From an uncultured Calditrichaceae bacterium (GTDB taxonomy: Bacteria > Zhuqueibacterota > Zhuqueibacteria > Oceanimicrobiales > Oceanimicrobiaceae), in assembly GCA_964455375.1 (NCBI GenBank), contig CAYVXE010000003.1, forward strand, positions 2,522-66,521: a stretch of 64,000 bases of DNA, written 5' to 3'. A program made the translations under genes and the position numbers. The notes beneath the pieces were generated by a model. That model worked only from the letters and a program-made list of their open reading frames with translations, had not been told where the DNA came from and made no database searches. This document shows positions 40,727-52,547 of this stretch, in pieces; position 1 is the first letter of the stretch; every line of letters starts with the position of its first letter.

Positions 40727-41857
40727 ATGGTACTTAAAAGATTGAGGTTAACTAATTTTCGGAACTATACGAAAGCAGACGTTGCATTTTCATCAAGTAT
40801 GAACATAATTTATGGGTTAAACGCGCAGGGAAAAACGAATTTTTTAGAAGCCATATATTTGCTCTGCTTAGGCAGGAGTTTTAGATTAGCCAGGAACCAG
40901 GATTTGATAAAAGGAGAAGAAGATTTTTTTCTCTTAGAAGGGGAGTTTATTTTAGATAACGGAATAGATAAAAAAGTCGTATTAAACTATATCAGGGATC
41001 GACGAAAAGAAATTAGCGTTAATCGAAAAAAAATAAGAGGTCATTCCGAAATTTTCGGTCATTTTCCGGTTGTCGTAATGGCTCCTGACGAATTTAAAAT
41101 TACGTCCGGTGGTCCAGCAGAGCGACGACGTTTTTTAGATATTCTTTTATCCCAAGTCAGTTTATCTTACCTGGTCAATCTACAGGAATATTCCCGTACT
41201 TTAAAACAAAGAAATAAAATTTTACAGTGTCTTCGGGATGGAAAAAACGTTTCTTCTTCGGCTATGGAACCATGGTCGGATAAATTAGTAGACGTGGGGA
41301 GTAAGATAATCGTTAGCCGCAGAAAATTCATAGAGGACTTTTCATCTCTTCTTACGGATATTTATCAGAATTTTTCACGGACAAAAGATAAGTTGACCGT
41401 TCATCTGCAATCGAAAATTAGTTTTTCCGATGGCGAAAAACTGAAACGTAATTTTGAAGTGGAACTTTTGAAAAATAAGGAAAGGGAAAAAATATTTGGG
41501 TCTACCCTTGTTGGCCCGCATAGAGATGATGTTATTTTTCAAATTAACGGCATGGATTTGCGGAGATTTGGTTCGCGTGGTGAGCATAAATCGGTATTAA
41601 TATCGATAAAAATTGCAGAGTTTCACTATATTCAGGAGAGGCGAAAAGAAGTGCCTCTCTTACTTTTAGATGATTGTTATTCGGAATTAGATGAGTTCAG
41701 AGAAGAACAGGTTTTTGATTCTTTACAAAATCTGGGTCAAATCTGTTTAACAACTCCTAAAGTTGATTCCGCACCGGATAATGAATTTTTGAAAAAATTA
41801 TTTAAAAATCATAGCCAGATCTATATTGAGGGAGGCAACGTTGTCTGCCAGAATTAA
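40727..41857 (+). CDS. recF: DNA replication/repair protein RecF
   Basis: 376 aa. Walker A GLNAQGKTNFLEA, signature LSGGEHK-like (GSRGEHKSV) and Walker B LLLDD. Confidence 0.9.
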   Translation: MVLKRLRLTNFRNYTKADVAFSSSMNIIYGLNAQGKTNFLEAIYLLCLGRSFRLARNQDLIKGEEDFFLLEGEFILDNGIDKKVVLNYIRDRRKEISVNRKKIRGHSEIFGHFPVVVMAPDEFKITSGGPAERRRFLDILLSQVSLSYLVNLQEYSRTLKQRNKILQCLRDGKNVSSSAMEPWSDKLVDVGSKIIVSRRKFIEDFSSLLTDIYQNFSRTKDKLTVHLQSKISFSDGEKLKRNFEVELLKNKEREKIFGSTLVGPHRDDVIFQINGMDLRRFGSRGEHKSVLISIKIAEFHYIQERRKEVPLLLLDDCYSELDEFREEQVFDSLQNLGQICLTTPKVDSAPDNEFLKKLFKNHSQIYIEGGNVVCQN

Positions 41858-42137
41858 AACAGTAGAATCCATCGGTGAGTCTCTTACAAAGATGCTGAAG
41901 AAGATTGGCATTGATCAGAAAGTGCGTGAATATGATGTGATTTATCACTGGCCGGAAATTGTTGGTGAACAGGTGGCTTCGGTAACCAAAGCGCTTCGGA
42001 TCGTCGATGGCGTCCTTTATGTGAAAGTTAAAAACAGCACATGGCGGAATGAATTAACATTTCTAAAAAATGAGATTTTAACAAAAATATCAGAGCAGAA
42101 TGAGTGCGCCTCGGTTTTTGATATAAGGCTCATATAA
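41826..42137 (+). CDS. DUF721 domain protein (recF-gyrB linker gene)
   Basis: 103 aa. Conserved position between recF and gyrB. Overlaps the recF 3' end by 32 nt, so the true start could be a downstream Met. Confidence 0.65.
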   Translation: MREATLSARIKTVESIGESLTKMLKKIGIDQKVREYDVIYHWPEIVGEQVASVTKALRIVDGVLYVKVKNSTWRNELTFLKNEILTKISEQNECASVFDIRLI

Positions 42138-42147
42138 TTTTATTTAA

Positions 42148-44097
<1,950 letters not shown>

Positions 44098-44117
44098 ATT
44101 AGTGGAGCAATGACAGC

Positions 44118-46547
44118 ATGAACCAACGGGACAGAGTAATTCCGATCTTTATTGAAAAGGAAATGAAAGATTCATACATCGACTATTCCATGTCGGTCAT
44201 TGTATCTCGAGCATTACCAGATGTGCGGGACGGTTTAAAACCGGTGCACAGAAGAGTTCTTTACGGTATGAACGACCTGGGCTTGCGACCGGGATCATCG
44301 TATAAAAAGAGCGCAAGGATTGTCGGAGAGGTCTTGGGTAAATATCATCCACACGGGGACTCTGCGGTGTATGACTCTATGGTGCGGATGGTTCAGGACT
44401 TTTCACTCCGCTATCCTTTGGTTGACGGACAGGGAAATTTCGGCTCCGTTGATGGAGATTCTCCTGCGGCCATGCGATACACCGAAGCAAAATTAAAAAA
44501 AATCGCCGAAGAGCTATTACGCGATCTTGACAAAAACACGGTGGATTTTGTTCCCAATTTTGACGACTCTTTAAAAGAGCCGACCGTTCTTCCCTCGGTT
44601 ATTCCCAATTTACTGATTAACGGTTCGTCGGGAATTGCAGTGGGTATGGCGACGAATATTCCCCCCCACAATTTAGGTGAGGTCGTCGATGCCCTGATAA
44701 CCCTTATCGATGATCCGGAAGCGACCATCGAAGCGCTCATGCAGCACATTCACGGCCCGGATTTCCCCACCGCTGCGATTATTTACGGTGCGACCGGTAT
44801 CTCTGATGCCTACAAAACCGGCCGCGGCAGAGTGGTTATTCGTGCCCGGGCCACAACCGAAATCGTAAAGGATAGTCGTGAGCGTATTGTTGTGAGCGAA
44901 CTGCCCTATCAAGTTAATAAAGCAAACCTCATTGAAAAAATAGCCGAACTAACGCGGGAGCGCAAGCTTGAGGGAATTTCTGACATCCGGGATGAATCGG
45001 ACCGTGACGGAATGCGGCTCGTTATTGAGCTCAAACGGGATGCATTTGCCGAAGTTGTCCTCAACCAACTTTATAAACATACGCAGATGCAAAACACCTT
45101 TGGGGTTATAATGCTTGCGCTTGTCCAGGGAGTACCAAAGGTTCTCAATCTCAAAGAAATGTTGCGGTATTTCATTGACTTTCGTCATGAAGTCGTGGTC
45201 AGGAGAGCAAGGTTTGAACTGGAGAAAGCTGAGAAACGCGCACATATTTTAGAAGGATTAAAAATTTGTCTGGATAATATCGATCAAATTGTTGAACTGA
45301 TCAAAAAGTCCAAAAACCCGGAAGATGCCCGCAACGCGTTAATGAAACGGTTTAAATTGTCACAAATTCAAGCACAGGCAATTTTAGATATGCGCCTGCA
45401 GCGCTTAACCGGCCTGGAACGCAAAAAAATTGAAGATGAATACCGTGAAGTGATCAAGCATATTGAAGAAATTAAATCGCTTCTCCAAAATGAGCCGAAA
45501 AGAATGCAGCTTATTAAGGATGAACTGCTTGAGGTTAGGGAAAAATATTCTGATGATCGCAGAACCGAAATAGTAGCTGCAACCGAAGAGTTTTCTATCG
45601 AAGATATGATCGCTGAGGAAGATATGGTGATCACCATATCTCACACCGGTTTTATTAAACGCTTCCCGGTGTCGAGTTACCGGCGGCAGTTGCGCGGTGG
45701 CAGGGGTTCAACGGGTGCCAAGACGAAAGAAGAGGATTTTATAGAACATCTCTTTGTAGCTTCCACACATCACTATATTTTATTTTTCACCAGAAGCGGA
45801 CGTTGCCACTGGTTAAAAGTTCATGAAATACCACAGGCAGGACGGGCAACAAAAGGCAGAGCAATCGTCAATTTACTGCAAATTTCAAAAGATGAAAAAA
45901 TCGCTGCGTTCATTGCCGTGAAAGAATTTGACGAGGAACAGTTTTTGGTGATGGCTACCAAACAGGGTCTTATTAAAAAAACGAAGTTGTCATCATACAG
46001 CCATCCGCGCAAAGGTGGTATAAATGCCATAAATATTCGCGAAAACGACATCCTCATCGATGCAAGACTTTCGAACGGGAACCATGATATTTTGTTAGGA
46101 ACATATAAAGGGCTTTCCATACGGTTCCATGAAAAAGAAGTTCGGGATATGGGACGAACAGCGTCCGGCGTGCGGGGAATTAACCTGAGCGAAGACGATT
46201 ATGTCATTGGCATGGTCGTCATAAAGCGTGAAGGAACGGTGCTGGTTGTCACTGAAAAAGGGTTGGGTAAACGCACGGGACTTGGGGAATATCGCGTGAG
46301 TCACCGGGCCGGGAAAGGAGTTTTTACGATTAAGGCAAATGAGAAAACCGGTAATGTCGTTGCCCTGAAAGAGGTGATGGATGATGATGATATTATGATT
46401 ATCACCATAAATGGCGTCGTTATTCGCCAAAACGTTAAAGCGTTGAAAACTCAGGGTAGAGCGACACAGGGATTTCGATTGATTCGATTAGACGATGACG
46501 ACCGGGTAGCAGATGTTGCAAGAGTCATAAGAGAGGAAGAAGCTTAA
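44118..46547 (+). CDS. gyrA: DNA gyrase subunit A
   Basis: 809 aa. Active-site region [10 protein letters not shown], quinolone-resistance-determining-like segment and C-terminal beta-pinwheel repeats. Confidence 0.95.
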   Translation: MNQRDRVIPIFIEKEMKDSYIDYSMSVIVSRALPDVRDGLKPVHRRVLYGMNDLGLRPGSSYKKSARIVGEVLGKYHPHGDSAVYDSMVRMVQDFSLRYPLVDGQGNFGSVDGDSPAAMRYTEAKLKKIAEELLRDLDKNTVDFVPNFDDSLKEPTVLPSVIPNLLINGSSGIAVGMATNIPPHNLGEVVDALITLIDDPEATIEALMQHIHGPDFPTAAIIYGATGISDAYKTGRGRVVIRARATTEIVKDSRERIVVSELPYQVNKANLIEKIAELTRERKLEGISDIRDESDRDGMRLVIELKRDAFAEVVLNQLYKHTQMQNTFGVIMLALVQGVPKVLNLKEMLRYFIDFRHEVVVRRARFELEKAEKRAHILEGLKICLDNIDQIVELIKKSKNPEDARNALMKRFKLSQIQAQAILDMRLQRLTGLERKKIEDEYREVIKHIEEIKSLLQNEPKRMQLIKDELLEVREKYSDDRRTEIVAATEEFSIEDMIAEEDMVITISHTGFIKRFPVSSYRRQLRGGRGSTGAKTKEEDFIEHLFVASTHHYILFFTRSGRCHWLKVHEIPQAGRATKGRAIVNLLQISKDEKIAAFIAVKEFDEEQFLVMATKQGLIKKTKLSSYSHPRKGGINAINIRENDILIDARLSNGNHDILLGTYKGLSIRFHEKEVRDMGRTASGVRGINLSEDDYVIGMVVIKREGTVLVVTEKGLGKRTGLGEYRVSHRAGKGVFTIKANEKTGNVVALKEVMDDDDIMIITINGVVIRQNVKALKTQGRATQGFRLIRLDDDDRVADVARVIREEEA

Positions 46548-46556
46548 ATTTTCCAC

Positions 46557-46583
46557 AGGGTTATCTGGAGGGTAACCCTTTTT
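46557..46583 (+). terminator. Rho-independent terminator after gyrA
   Basis: AGGGTTA-tctggaggg-TAACCCT followed by TTTTT, 10 nt after the gyrA stop. Confidence 0.6.
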
Positions 46584-46612
46584 CCTTAACTTAACCATAG
46601 GGATCAAAAACG

Positions 46613-47932
46613 ATGTTGAATCTATGGGAAACAGAGAAGAAGCGCCTCACCGAAATATTTTTGCATGAAATCGTCGGCAATTCTAGGGCCATTTCGTTTG
46701 CTGTTCTTTTGGAGAAACAAGTTCCCGAGCTGTTTCTGGTCTATCTCAAGCGCAAACTAAAGCAAAATCTCATTCGTGAAAAAATCATTCAATATCAACC
46801 AAGTCAGCGAATTCCTTTATTGGAAGAGATCGTTCATCGTAAAATTGAGAAGCTATTGGACGAACTGACTGCTGATATTGTTTTGGGTAGGGATGAACTC
46901 TCGCGGCTCGCTGGAAAGCTCATCTCCTTCCAGATTGACATTCTGGCCAGGCCACGACAGAAAATGACGGAAATTCTTTTCCACGAATCCGAAACAAGAA
47001 CAACGAAAGATATTATCAAAATTCTCACTGAATTTGATGAAAAGCGTCATTTCATACAAAGTCTTACGAGGACTCTTTCGGCCAGGAAAAGGGATGAAAT
47101 TTCAAAAAAAGTATTTCGTTTGCAGTCCAGAAAAATTGAGCGACAGGTTTACAAGGAAAACCCGATTTCAGCTCTCATGAATGAAATTGATGCTTTTTGT
47201 GAATTTAAGAAAGGTCTCGGTGATAAGAATCACGACGTGATTACGTCAACCATTCTTCTTGGATTTCTGAAGGCCCGCAATTTACACCATGTGTCGGAAG
47301 AGTTTAAAGATGAAGCAGACGAAAAGGAATTCTGGACTCACGACGAAATAGAAAGTGCTCTGCAACGCCACGCAGTCGTGGGCCCCCCGGAGCTTGACGA
47401 AACCTTAAGCGTGGAAGAGACGTCAATAACGGAAAAGGACCCGATGGCAGTGAGATTTGTTCCACCTGAGTCTGAAATAGATTTAGGCATCGAACCGGGA
47501 AACCGTTTGACAACGGACCGAACCATAAAGATTCGTTTTGAGGAAATGTTCGAAAGTGCTCGTGAAGAACCGGAGACAAGCGAGCAGGGGGAATCTTTAA
47601 AAGAAAGCCCTTCGCTTCAACCACAAGAGAATGTATGTCAGGTGCAACGAGAAAACAGATATCAAAAAGATCGGAAACATTCGGAACTTGCCTGGGAGAA
47701 AATTATTAAGCCGGATCAAAGAAAAATTTTGTTAAATAAAATATTTTCTAAAAGTGATCAGGATTTTTCCCGGTTTTTCGATCGGGTTGAAAAAGCGCGG
47801 TTCTGGAATGAGGCAAAGGCGATTATAGATGGGGAGCTGGAAAAACGAAATATCAATATTAATGCCAACGAAGCCTTGCTTTTAGGGGATATTGTCTTTG
47901 CCAGATTTAAAATCAAAAATGAAACGCAATAA
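46613..47932 (+). CDS. Hypothetical protein (no recognisable domain)
   Basis: 439-aa ORF with coding-like composition that fits tightly between gyrA and bioY. Charged and helical, with no motifs I recognise. Confidence 0.5.
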   Translation: MLNLWETEKKRLTEIFLHEIVGNSRAISFAVLLEKQVPELFLVYLKRKLKQNLIREKIIQYQPSQRIPLLEEIVHRKIEKLLDELTADIVLGRDELSRLAGKLISFQIDILARPRQKMTEILFHESETRTTKDIIKILTEFDEKRHFIQSLTRTLSARKRDEISKKVFRLQSRKIERQVYKENPISALMNEIDAFCEFKKGLGDKNHDVITSTILLGFLKARNLHHVSEEFKDEADEKEFWTHDEIESALQRHAVVGPPELDETLSVEETSITEKDPMAVRFVPPESEIDLGIEPGNRLTTDRTIKIRFEEMFESAREEPETSEQGESLKESPSLQPQENVCQVQRENRYQKDRKHSELAWEKIIKPDQRKILLNKIFSKSDQDFSRFFDRVEKARFWNEAKAIIDGELEKRNININANEALLLGDIVFARFKIKNETQ

Positions 47933-48517
47933 ATGATGCATGTCAAGGCGGGAACGAGCTTAAGAAATGCCCCAGTGCGTTTGTATGTTCTGGCAAGCCT
48001 GTTTGCCGGGCTAACCGCGGTGGGAGCGTTCATCAGAATTCCGTTGCCAATCGTTCCGTTTACGCTACAGGACTTTTTTGTTTTGCTTTCAGGTTCCGTG
48101 CTTGGGCCGGCGTTTGGCTTTTTGAGCCAGATGTTGTATTTGACCATGGGGTTGATTGGCTTGCCTGTTTTTGCAAATGGTGGTGGACCCGCATATATTT
48201 TTCAACCGACCTTCGGCTACTTGCTCGCCTTCCCACTCTGTTCGTACTTGATCGGATATTTGCTTTATAGAAAAGGGGCAAAGACCGAACTAACGTTTTC
48301 AACGGTACTCATCGTCAATCTATTGGGCTACCTGGTCATTTACTCGCTTGGAATCTTGATTCTTTATGTGAACTTGAATTACGTTGTTGGTCAGTCAAGA
48401 CTTTTTTCAGAAGTTCTCTGGCTGGGTTGTTTTATCTTTATTCCGGGAAGTCTCATAAAGGCCACCATTAGCGCATTTGTTACGTTGAAATTAACGAATG
48501 TTTTAAACAGGTTATGA
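47933..48517 (+). CDS. bioY: Biotin transporter BioY (ECF S-component)
   Basis: 194 aa. 6-TM protein with PFTLQDFFVLLSG and GGGPAYIFQPTFGYLLAFP, characteristic of BioY. Confidence 0.8.
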   Translation: MMHVKAGTSLRNAPVRLYVLASLFAGLTAVGAFIRIPLPIVPFTLQDFFVLLSGSVLGPAFGFLSQMLYLTMGLIGLPVFANGGGPAYIFQPTFGYLLAFPLCSYLIGYLLYRKGAKTELTFSTVLIVNLLGYLVIYSLGILILYVNLNYVVGQSRLFSEVLWLGCFIFIPGSLIKATISAFVTLKLTNVLNRL

Positions 48518-49722
48518 AAATGTTTGAACCAAGTATGTTAACTCGTATAATGGACATTTCTCAAAAAGGCGAACGCCTGGCCATCGGCTTGATGTCCGGG
48601 ACTTCCGTGGATGGTGTCGATGCCGCATTGGTGAAAATAAAGGGTTCCGGATTGCAAACAGATATAACCCTGGAAGGGTTTCTTTCCTTTCCCTATCCGG
48701 ACGGGTTAAAAGAAGTTGTTCTTGAAAATTCCACGCCGGGACAGGGTAGTGTTGATGGTCTTTGCCGTCTGAATGTTTTGCTGGGAGAAATTTTTGCCCA
48801 CGCGTCCCAGGCACTTTTAAAAGCGGCAGGTGTTTCTCCCGAACAGGTTGATTTTATCGGCTCGCACGGACAAACGGTCCAGCACTTACCAGAAAAAGAA
48901 AAACAATTCGGCTACGATATTCAGGCGACATTACAAATAGCCGAACCAGCGGTTATCGCCAGGCGTACCGGCATTTTGACCGTAGCCGATTTTCGGCCTG
49001 CCGATCTTGCGCTGGGCGGACAGGGCGCACCACTGGTGCCTTATTTTGATTATCTTTTGTTTCGGTCAGATGTGAAAAACAGGGCATTGCTCAATATTGG
49101 TGGTATTTCTAATTTTACCGTTTTAATAAAAAACGGCACGGTGAACGATGTTATCGCATATGATACCGGCCCGGGCAATATGGTGCTCGATTGGCTCATG
49201 CAGGCGTTGCTGAAGAAGCCGTTCGATGAGAGCGGAAAAACAGCACAGTCCGGACAGATTTCTGAACCGTTGTTGAAGACTGCTCTGCTGCATCCGTATT
49301 TTGCAAAGCGACCGCCAAAATCAACCGGTAGAGAAGAATTTGGAGAAGTGTTTTCAAAAACGTTTCTAAAAGAAGCCCAAAAATTGAATCTTTCCGTAGA
49401 AGATACCATTGCAACCGCGGCGCAGTTAACTATCGAAGGTGTTTGGCACAGCTACGAAAGCGATGTAAAGCCGGCCGTTCAGATTGACGAATGGATCATT
49501 AGCGGAGGCGGTGCAAAAAATAAATTTTTACTGGCACAATTAGGAAAAAGGGCCGCACCGGCGCAGGTGAAGATCATAGATGACCTTGGCTTGTCTTCCG
49601 ATGCTAAAGAGGCTGTTTGTTTTGCTGTTCTGGCAAATGAAACGCTTATGGGAAACTGCAACAATGTCCCGTCCGCCACCGGTGCTGCAAAGCAAACGAT
49701 TCTGGGTAAAATATGCTTTTGA
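48514..49722 (+). CDS. anmK: Anhydro-N-acetylmuramic acid kinase
   Basis: 402 aa. GLMSGTSVDGVDAALV N-terminal motif and the DxGPGN motif (YDTGPGNMVLD). Confidence 0.85.
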   Translation: MKMFEPSMLTRIMDISQKGERLAIGLMSGTSVDGVDAALVKIKGSGLQTDITLEGFLSFPYPDGLKEVVLENSTPGQGSVDGLCRLNVLLGEIFAHASQALLKAAGVSPEQVDFIGSHGQTVQHLPEKEKQFGYDIQATLQIAEPAVIARRTGILTVADFRPADLALGGQGAPLVPYFDYLLFRSDVKNRALLNIGGISNFTVLIKNGTVNDVIAYDTGPGNMVLDWLMQALLKKPFDESGKTAQSGQISEPLLKTALLHPYFAKRPPKSTGREEFGEVFSKTFLKEAQKLNLSVEDTIATAAQLTIEGVWHSYESDVKPAVQIDEWIISGGGAKNKFLLAQLGKRAAPAQVKIIDDLGLSSDAKEAVCFAVLANETLMGNCNNVPSATGAAKQTILGKICF

Positions 49723-49744
49723 GGAGAGGACGTACACAAACCGG

Positions 49745-49770
49745 AAAAAAACCGTTAAGCGGTTGTTTTA
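49745..49770 (+). terminator. Candidate terminator after anmK
   Basis: AACCG-ttaag-CGGTT followed by GTTTTAT. Short stem, so moderate confidence. Confidence 0.45.
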
Positions 49771-49875
49771 TAATTGTCTTGATTAACCTGAGTTTAATAT
49801 CTATATTTAACATTCAATATTGGGGGAGAACACGGCGTAAATTATTGTTTAAGACCTAACCCGGTACAAAGAATC

Positions 49876-50451
49876 ATGTTGCGTAAACAAGAAACCCAAA
49901 AAAAATCCGTTTTCAATTTTCATGTCGGTGATGCTATTTGGGGTAATATTTTTAAAAAGGACTCCAGTGAGAAAGAAACGATTCGGGCAATTTTACGGCA
50001 AATACCTCTATTTCGCGGGATGAATAAATACAGTTTAAACGAATTTGAGAAACTTATGCACCGGCGCACCTATAAAGCAGACGAAACAATTTTCTGGGAA
50101 GGCGAACCTGGCGTGGGTATGTACGTGGTATTGGAAGGGAGCATCGGCATATACAAAGAAAGTCTGGAAGCAGGTCGGGAGGAGTTGGCAACATTAAAAC
50201 GAGGGGAGTTTTTGGGTGAGCTTGCATTATTGGATGAATCTCCGCGCTCGGCCTCTGCGGTTGCTCTGGAGAAATCTGTAATTCTGGGACTTTTTCGACC
50301 GGATTTAATGGAATTAATTGAAAGAAAGCCGCGATTAGGAAATAGATTCCTTTTTCAGTTAGCATCGCTCATCGGAGAACGCTTAAAGCACACCAACGAA
50401 GAATTACAGGCCCTGTGGACAAAACTGGAGGAATCGAAAGTCATCACATGA
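49876..50451 (+). CDS. Stand-alone cyclic-nucleotide-binding (cNMP/CAP-family effector) domain protein
   Basis: 191 aa. FWEGEPGVGMYVVLEGSIGIY...GEFLGELALL..PRSASAVA is the cNMP-binding beta-roll signature. No C-terminal HTH. Confidence 0.7.
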   Translation: MLRKQETQKKSVFNFHVGDAIWGNIFKKDSSEKETIRAILRQIPLFRGMNKYSLNEFEKLMHRRTYKADETIFWEGEPGVGMYVVLEGSIGIYKESLEAGREELATLKRGEFLGELALLDESPRSASAVALEKSVILGLFRPDLMELIERKPRLGNRFLFQLASLIGERLKHTNEELQALWTKLEESKVIT

Positions 50452-51524
50452 AAGCCACGGAAAACGGCACGCAAGTATTTACCATCAGCTTCAGTCCCAG
50501 AACCGTCCGTAAATTGGTACTGTGGGGCTTTATTGGCCTGGCTGTCTTAGGAATTATCGCCTTGTTGCCGGCGTTGCGTTCGGTGCTCACCACCATCATT
50601 GTAGCCCTTTTTCTGGCCTTTCTTCTTGAACCGGTGGTCACATTTATTGAAAATCGCGGTGTTGAACGCTTGTTTGCTTCTGCGTTGGTCTTTCTGTTCA
50701 TTCTGATGTTAGCATTGTTAGCATTTAAATATCTGGTGCCGGTTTTTAGCAATGAAATTCATCAATTAAGTACAGGCTTTAGTGAGCAGTCCGGCGATGA
50801 TATTTTAAAGAAGATCCAACAGAAATTAGGTGATACCATTCCGATTTTAGACAATCCGTTACTCCAGGATGAGCTTCGGTCAAAGGTCAATTCAATTTTG
50901 AAAAGTAGCTTTTCCATGGTGGTAAACGCACTGTCGACAATCGTTTCCCTTGTTATGATGGCATTTATGACCTTTTTCTTTTTGAAAGACGGCCGGCGAA
51001 TGAAAAAGGCTGTTATAAGCTGGGTACCAAATCGCTATTTTGAGATGTCTTTAATTCTGTTACATAAAATGTCTACGCAATTAGGCCGGTACATTCGCGG
51101 CCAGTTATTGGTGGCCAGCATCGTCGGAGCGCTTTCAATTTTCGCGCTTTATTTGCTGGATATTCGCTATTATTTTTTCATTGGCGCCATTGCCGGTATC
51201 GCGAATATGATTCCATATTTCGGCCCGTTGGTTGGCGCCGTTCCTGCAATTATTATTGCTCTGATCGATACGGGCTCCATGGGGTCCGTTGCTGCGGTAG
51301 CTGTGGCATTTGCAAGTATCCAATTATTTGAAAATATCTTCGTCTCCCCGGTTATTGTTTCAAAAAGTGTTGAGTTACATCCGCTAACGATAATCATGGT
51401 CATTTTAATTGGCGGTCAGCTTTTGGGTCTTTTGGGCATGCTTCTCGCCGTACCAACGGCAAGTATGATCAAAGTGACGGCGCAAGAGATTTCCTGGGGT
51501 GTAAAACATTACCGGATTTTTTAA
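50448..51524 (+). CDS. AI-2E family transporter (PerM/UPF0118)
   Basis: The ORF in the track starts at 50415. The Met at 50448 gives an ATGA overlap with the upstream stop. Eight predicted TMs with typical AI-2E topology. Confidence 0.7.
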   Translation: MKATENGTQVFTISFSPRTVRKLVLWGFIGLAVLGIIALLPALRSVLTTIIVALFLAFLLEPVVTFIENRGVERLFASALVFLFILMLALLAFKYLVPVFSNEIHQLSTGFSEQSGDDILKKIQQKLGDTIPILDNPLLQDELRSKVNSILKSSFSMVVNALSTIVSLVMMAFMTFFFLKDGRRMKKAVISWVPNRYFEMSLILLHKMSTQLGRYIRGQLLVASIVGALSIFALYLLDIRYYFFIGAIAGIANMIPYFGPLVGAVPAIIIALIDTGSMGSVAAVAVAFASIQLFENIFVSPVIVSKSVELHPLTIIMVILIGGQLLGLLGMLLAVPTASMIKVTAQEISWGVKHYRIF

Positions 51525-51537
51525 ATCGATTTTATTT

Positions 51538-52506
51538 ATGTCCTCTTCTTCCGTTTCGCGTCAAAACCATCTCGTTGCTTTGCTGGCATTCACGACTGTC
51601 CTCTTTGCTTCGTGTACCCGGTCCGTCACCGGCGATGCTTCAATCGTAATGAACTGGCAGGCCGTGGATTCGCTCAACACAAAATTACCCGATGGAATAC
51701 GGGTCTATTCCGGTTCCAACGAGCATTTGCCGTTGAAAGCGTGGTATGTGCGTATTCAAGAGTCCCGGCCAGAGATTTTTACAAAAGTATTGCTGTCGGA
51801 TGATTCCAGAGACAATCGTGAGACCGTCTCCAGTTTTGCCCATGATGAAAACGCCGTCGTCGCAATCAACGCCGGCTATTTTGTAATGGGACAAACGCCA
51901 GCGCGACATGCCGGTTTACTGGTTTGTGATGGCAAAATAATGGCTTCTGCAACGCGATCTGTTATGCGAAAAGCGGTCCGGTATCCCGCAGCCCGCTCAG
52001 CGATCGGCTTTACTGAAGACGATAGAATTGATATCAAGTGGGTGCGCAATCGTCACGATACGCTTTTCGCCTGGTCCGAACCACTTAAAAACAGGCAAAA
52101 CAAACCGAAAAAGTTAGATTTTAAGCGAGCGATCCTGTGGCAGGTGAACGATGCCGTTTCTGCCGGCCCCATGTTAATTTCCAAAGGTAAGGTTCATGTG
52201 GCGACAGACGAGGAAGTGTTCTTCGGGTCTGCCATTCCCAATGTCCATCCGCGGAGCGCCGCGGGAATTACCGCCAATGGCGAGCTTATTTTAATGGCTG
52301 TGGATGGTCGTCAACCGGAGAGCCGCGGCGTTAACCTGGAAGAACTTGCTGATTTAATGCTCGGAGTTGGCTCTGTGTGGGCGCTGAACTTAGATGGTGG
52401 CGGATCCACGACTCTAATCGTGAACGGTCTTCGCCTGAATCGTCCGTCGGGTGGGGACACCGAACGAGAAGTCATGTCGGTGCTGGCGACATTTGTCAGA
52501 AAATAG
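51538..52506 (+). CDS. Phosphodiester glycosidase family lipoprotein (DUF2233-like)
   Basis: 322 aa. Lipobox LFASC and motifs NAGYF...LNLDGGGSTTL shared with the 'uncovering enzyme' (phosphodiester alpha-GlcNAcase) family. Confidence 0.65.
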   Translation: MSSSSVSRQNHLVALLAFTTVLFASCTRSVTGDASIVMNWQAVDSLNTKLPDGIRVYSGSNEHLPLKAWYVRIQESRPEIFTKVLLSDDSRDNRETVSSFAHDENAVVAINAGYFVMGQTPARHAGLLVCDGKIMASATRSVMRKAVRYPAARSAIGFTEDDRIDIKWVRNRHDTLFAWSEPLKNRQNKPKKLDFKRAILWQVNDAVSAGPMLISKGKVHVATDEEVFFGSAIPNVHPRSAAGITANGELILMAVDGRQPESRGVNLEELADLMLGVGSVWALNLDGGGSTTLIVNGLRLNRPSGGDTEREVMSVLATFVRK

Positions 52507-52547
52507 CAAGGCTCAGAGAAAACATGTAGCACCGAAAGGGATCTTGA

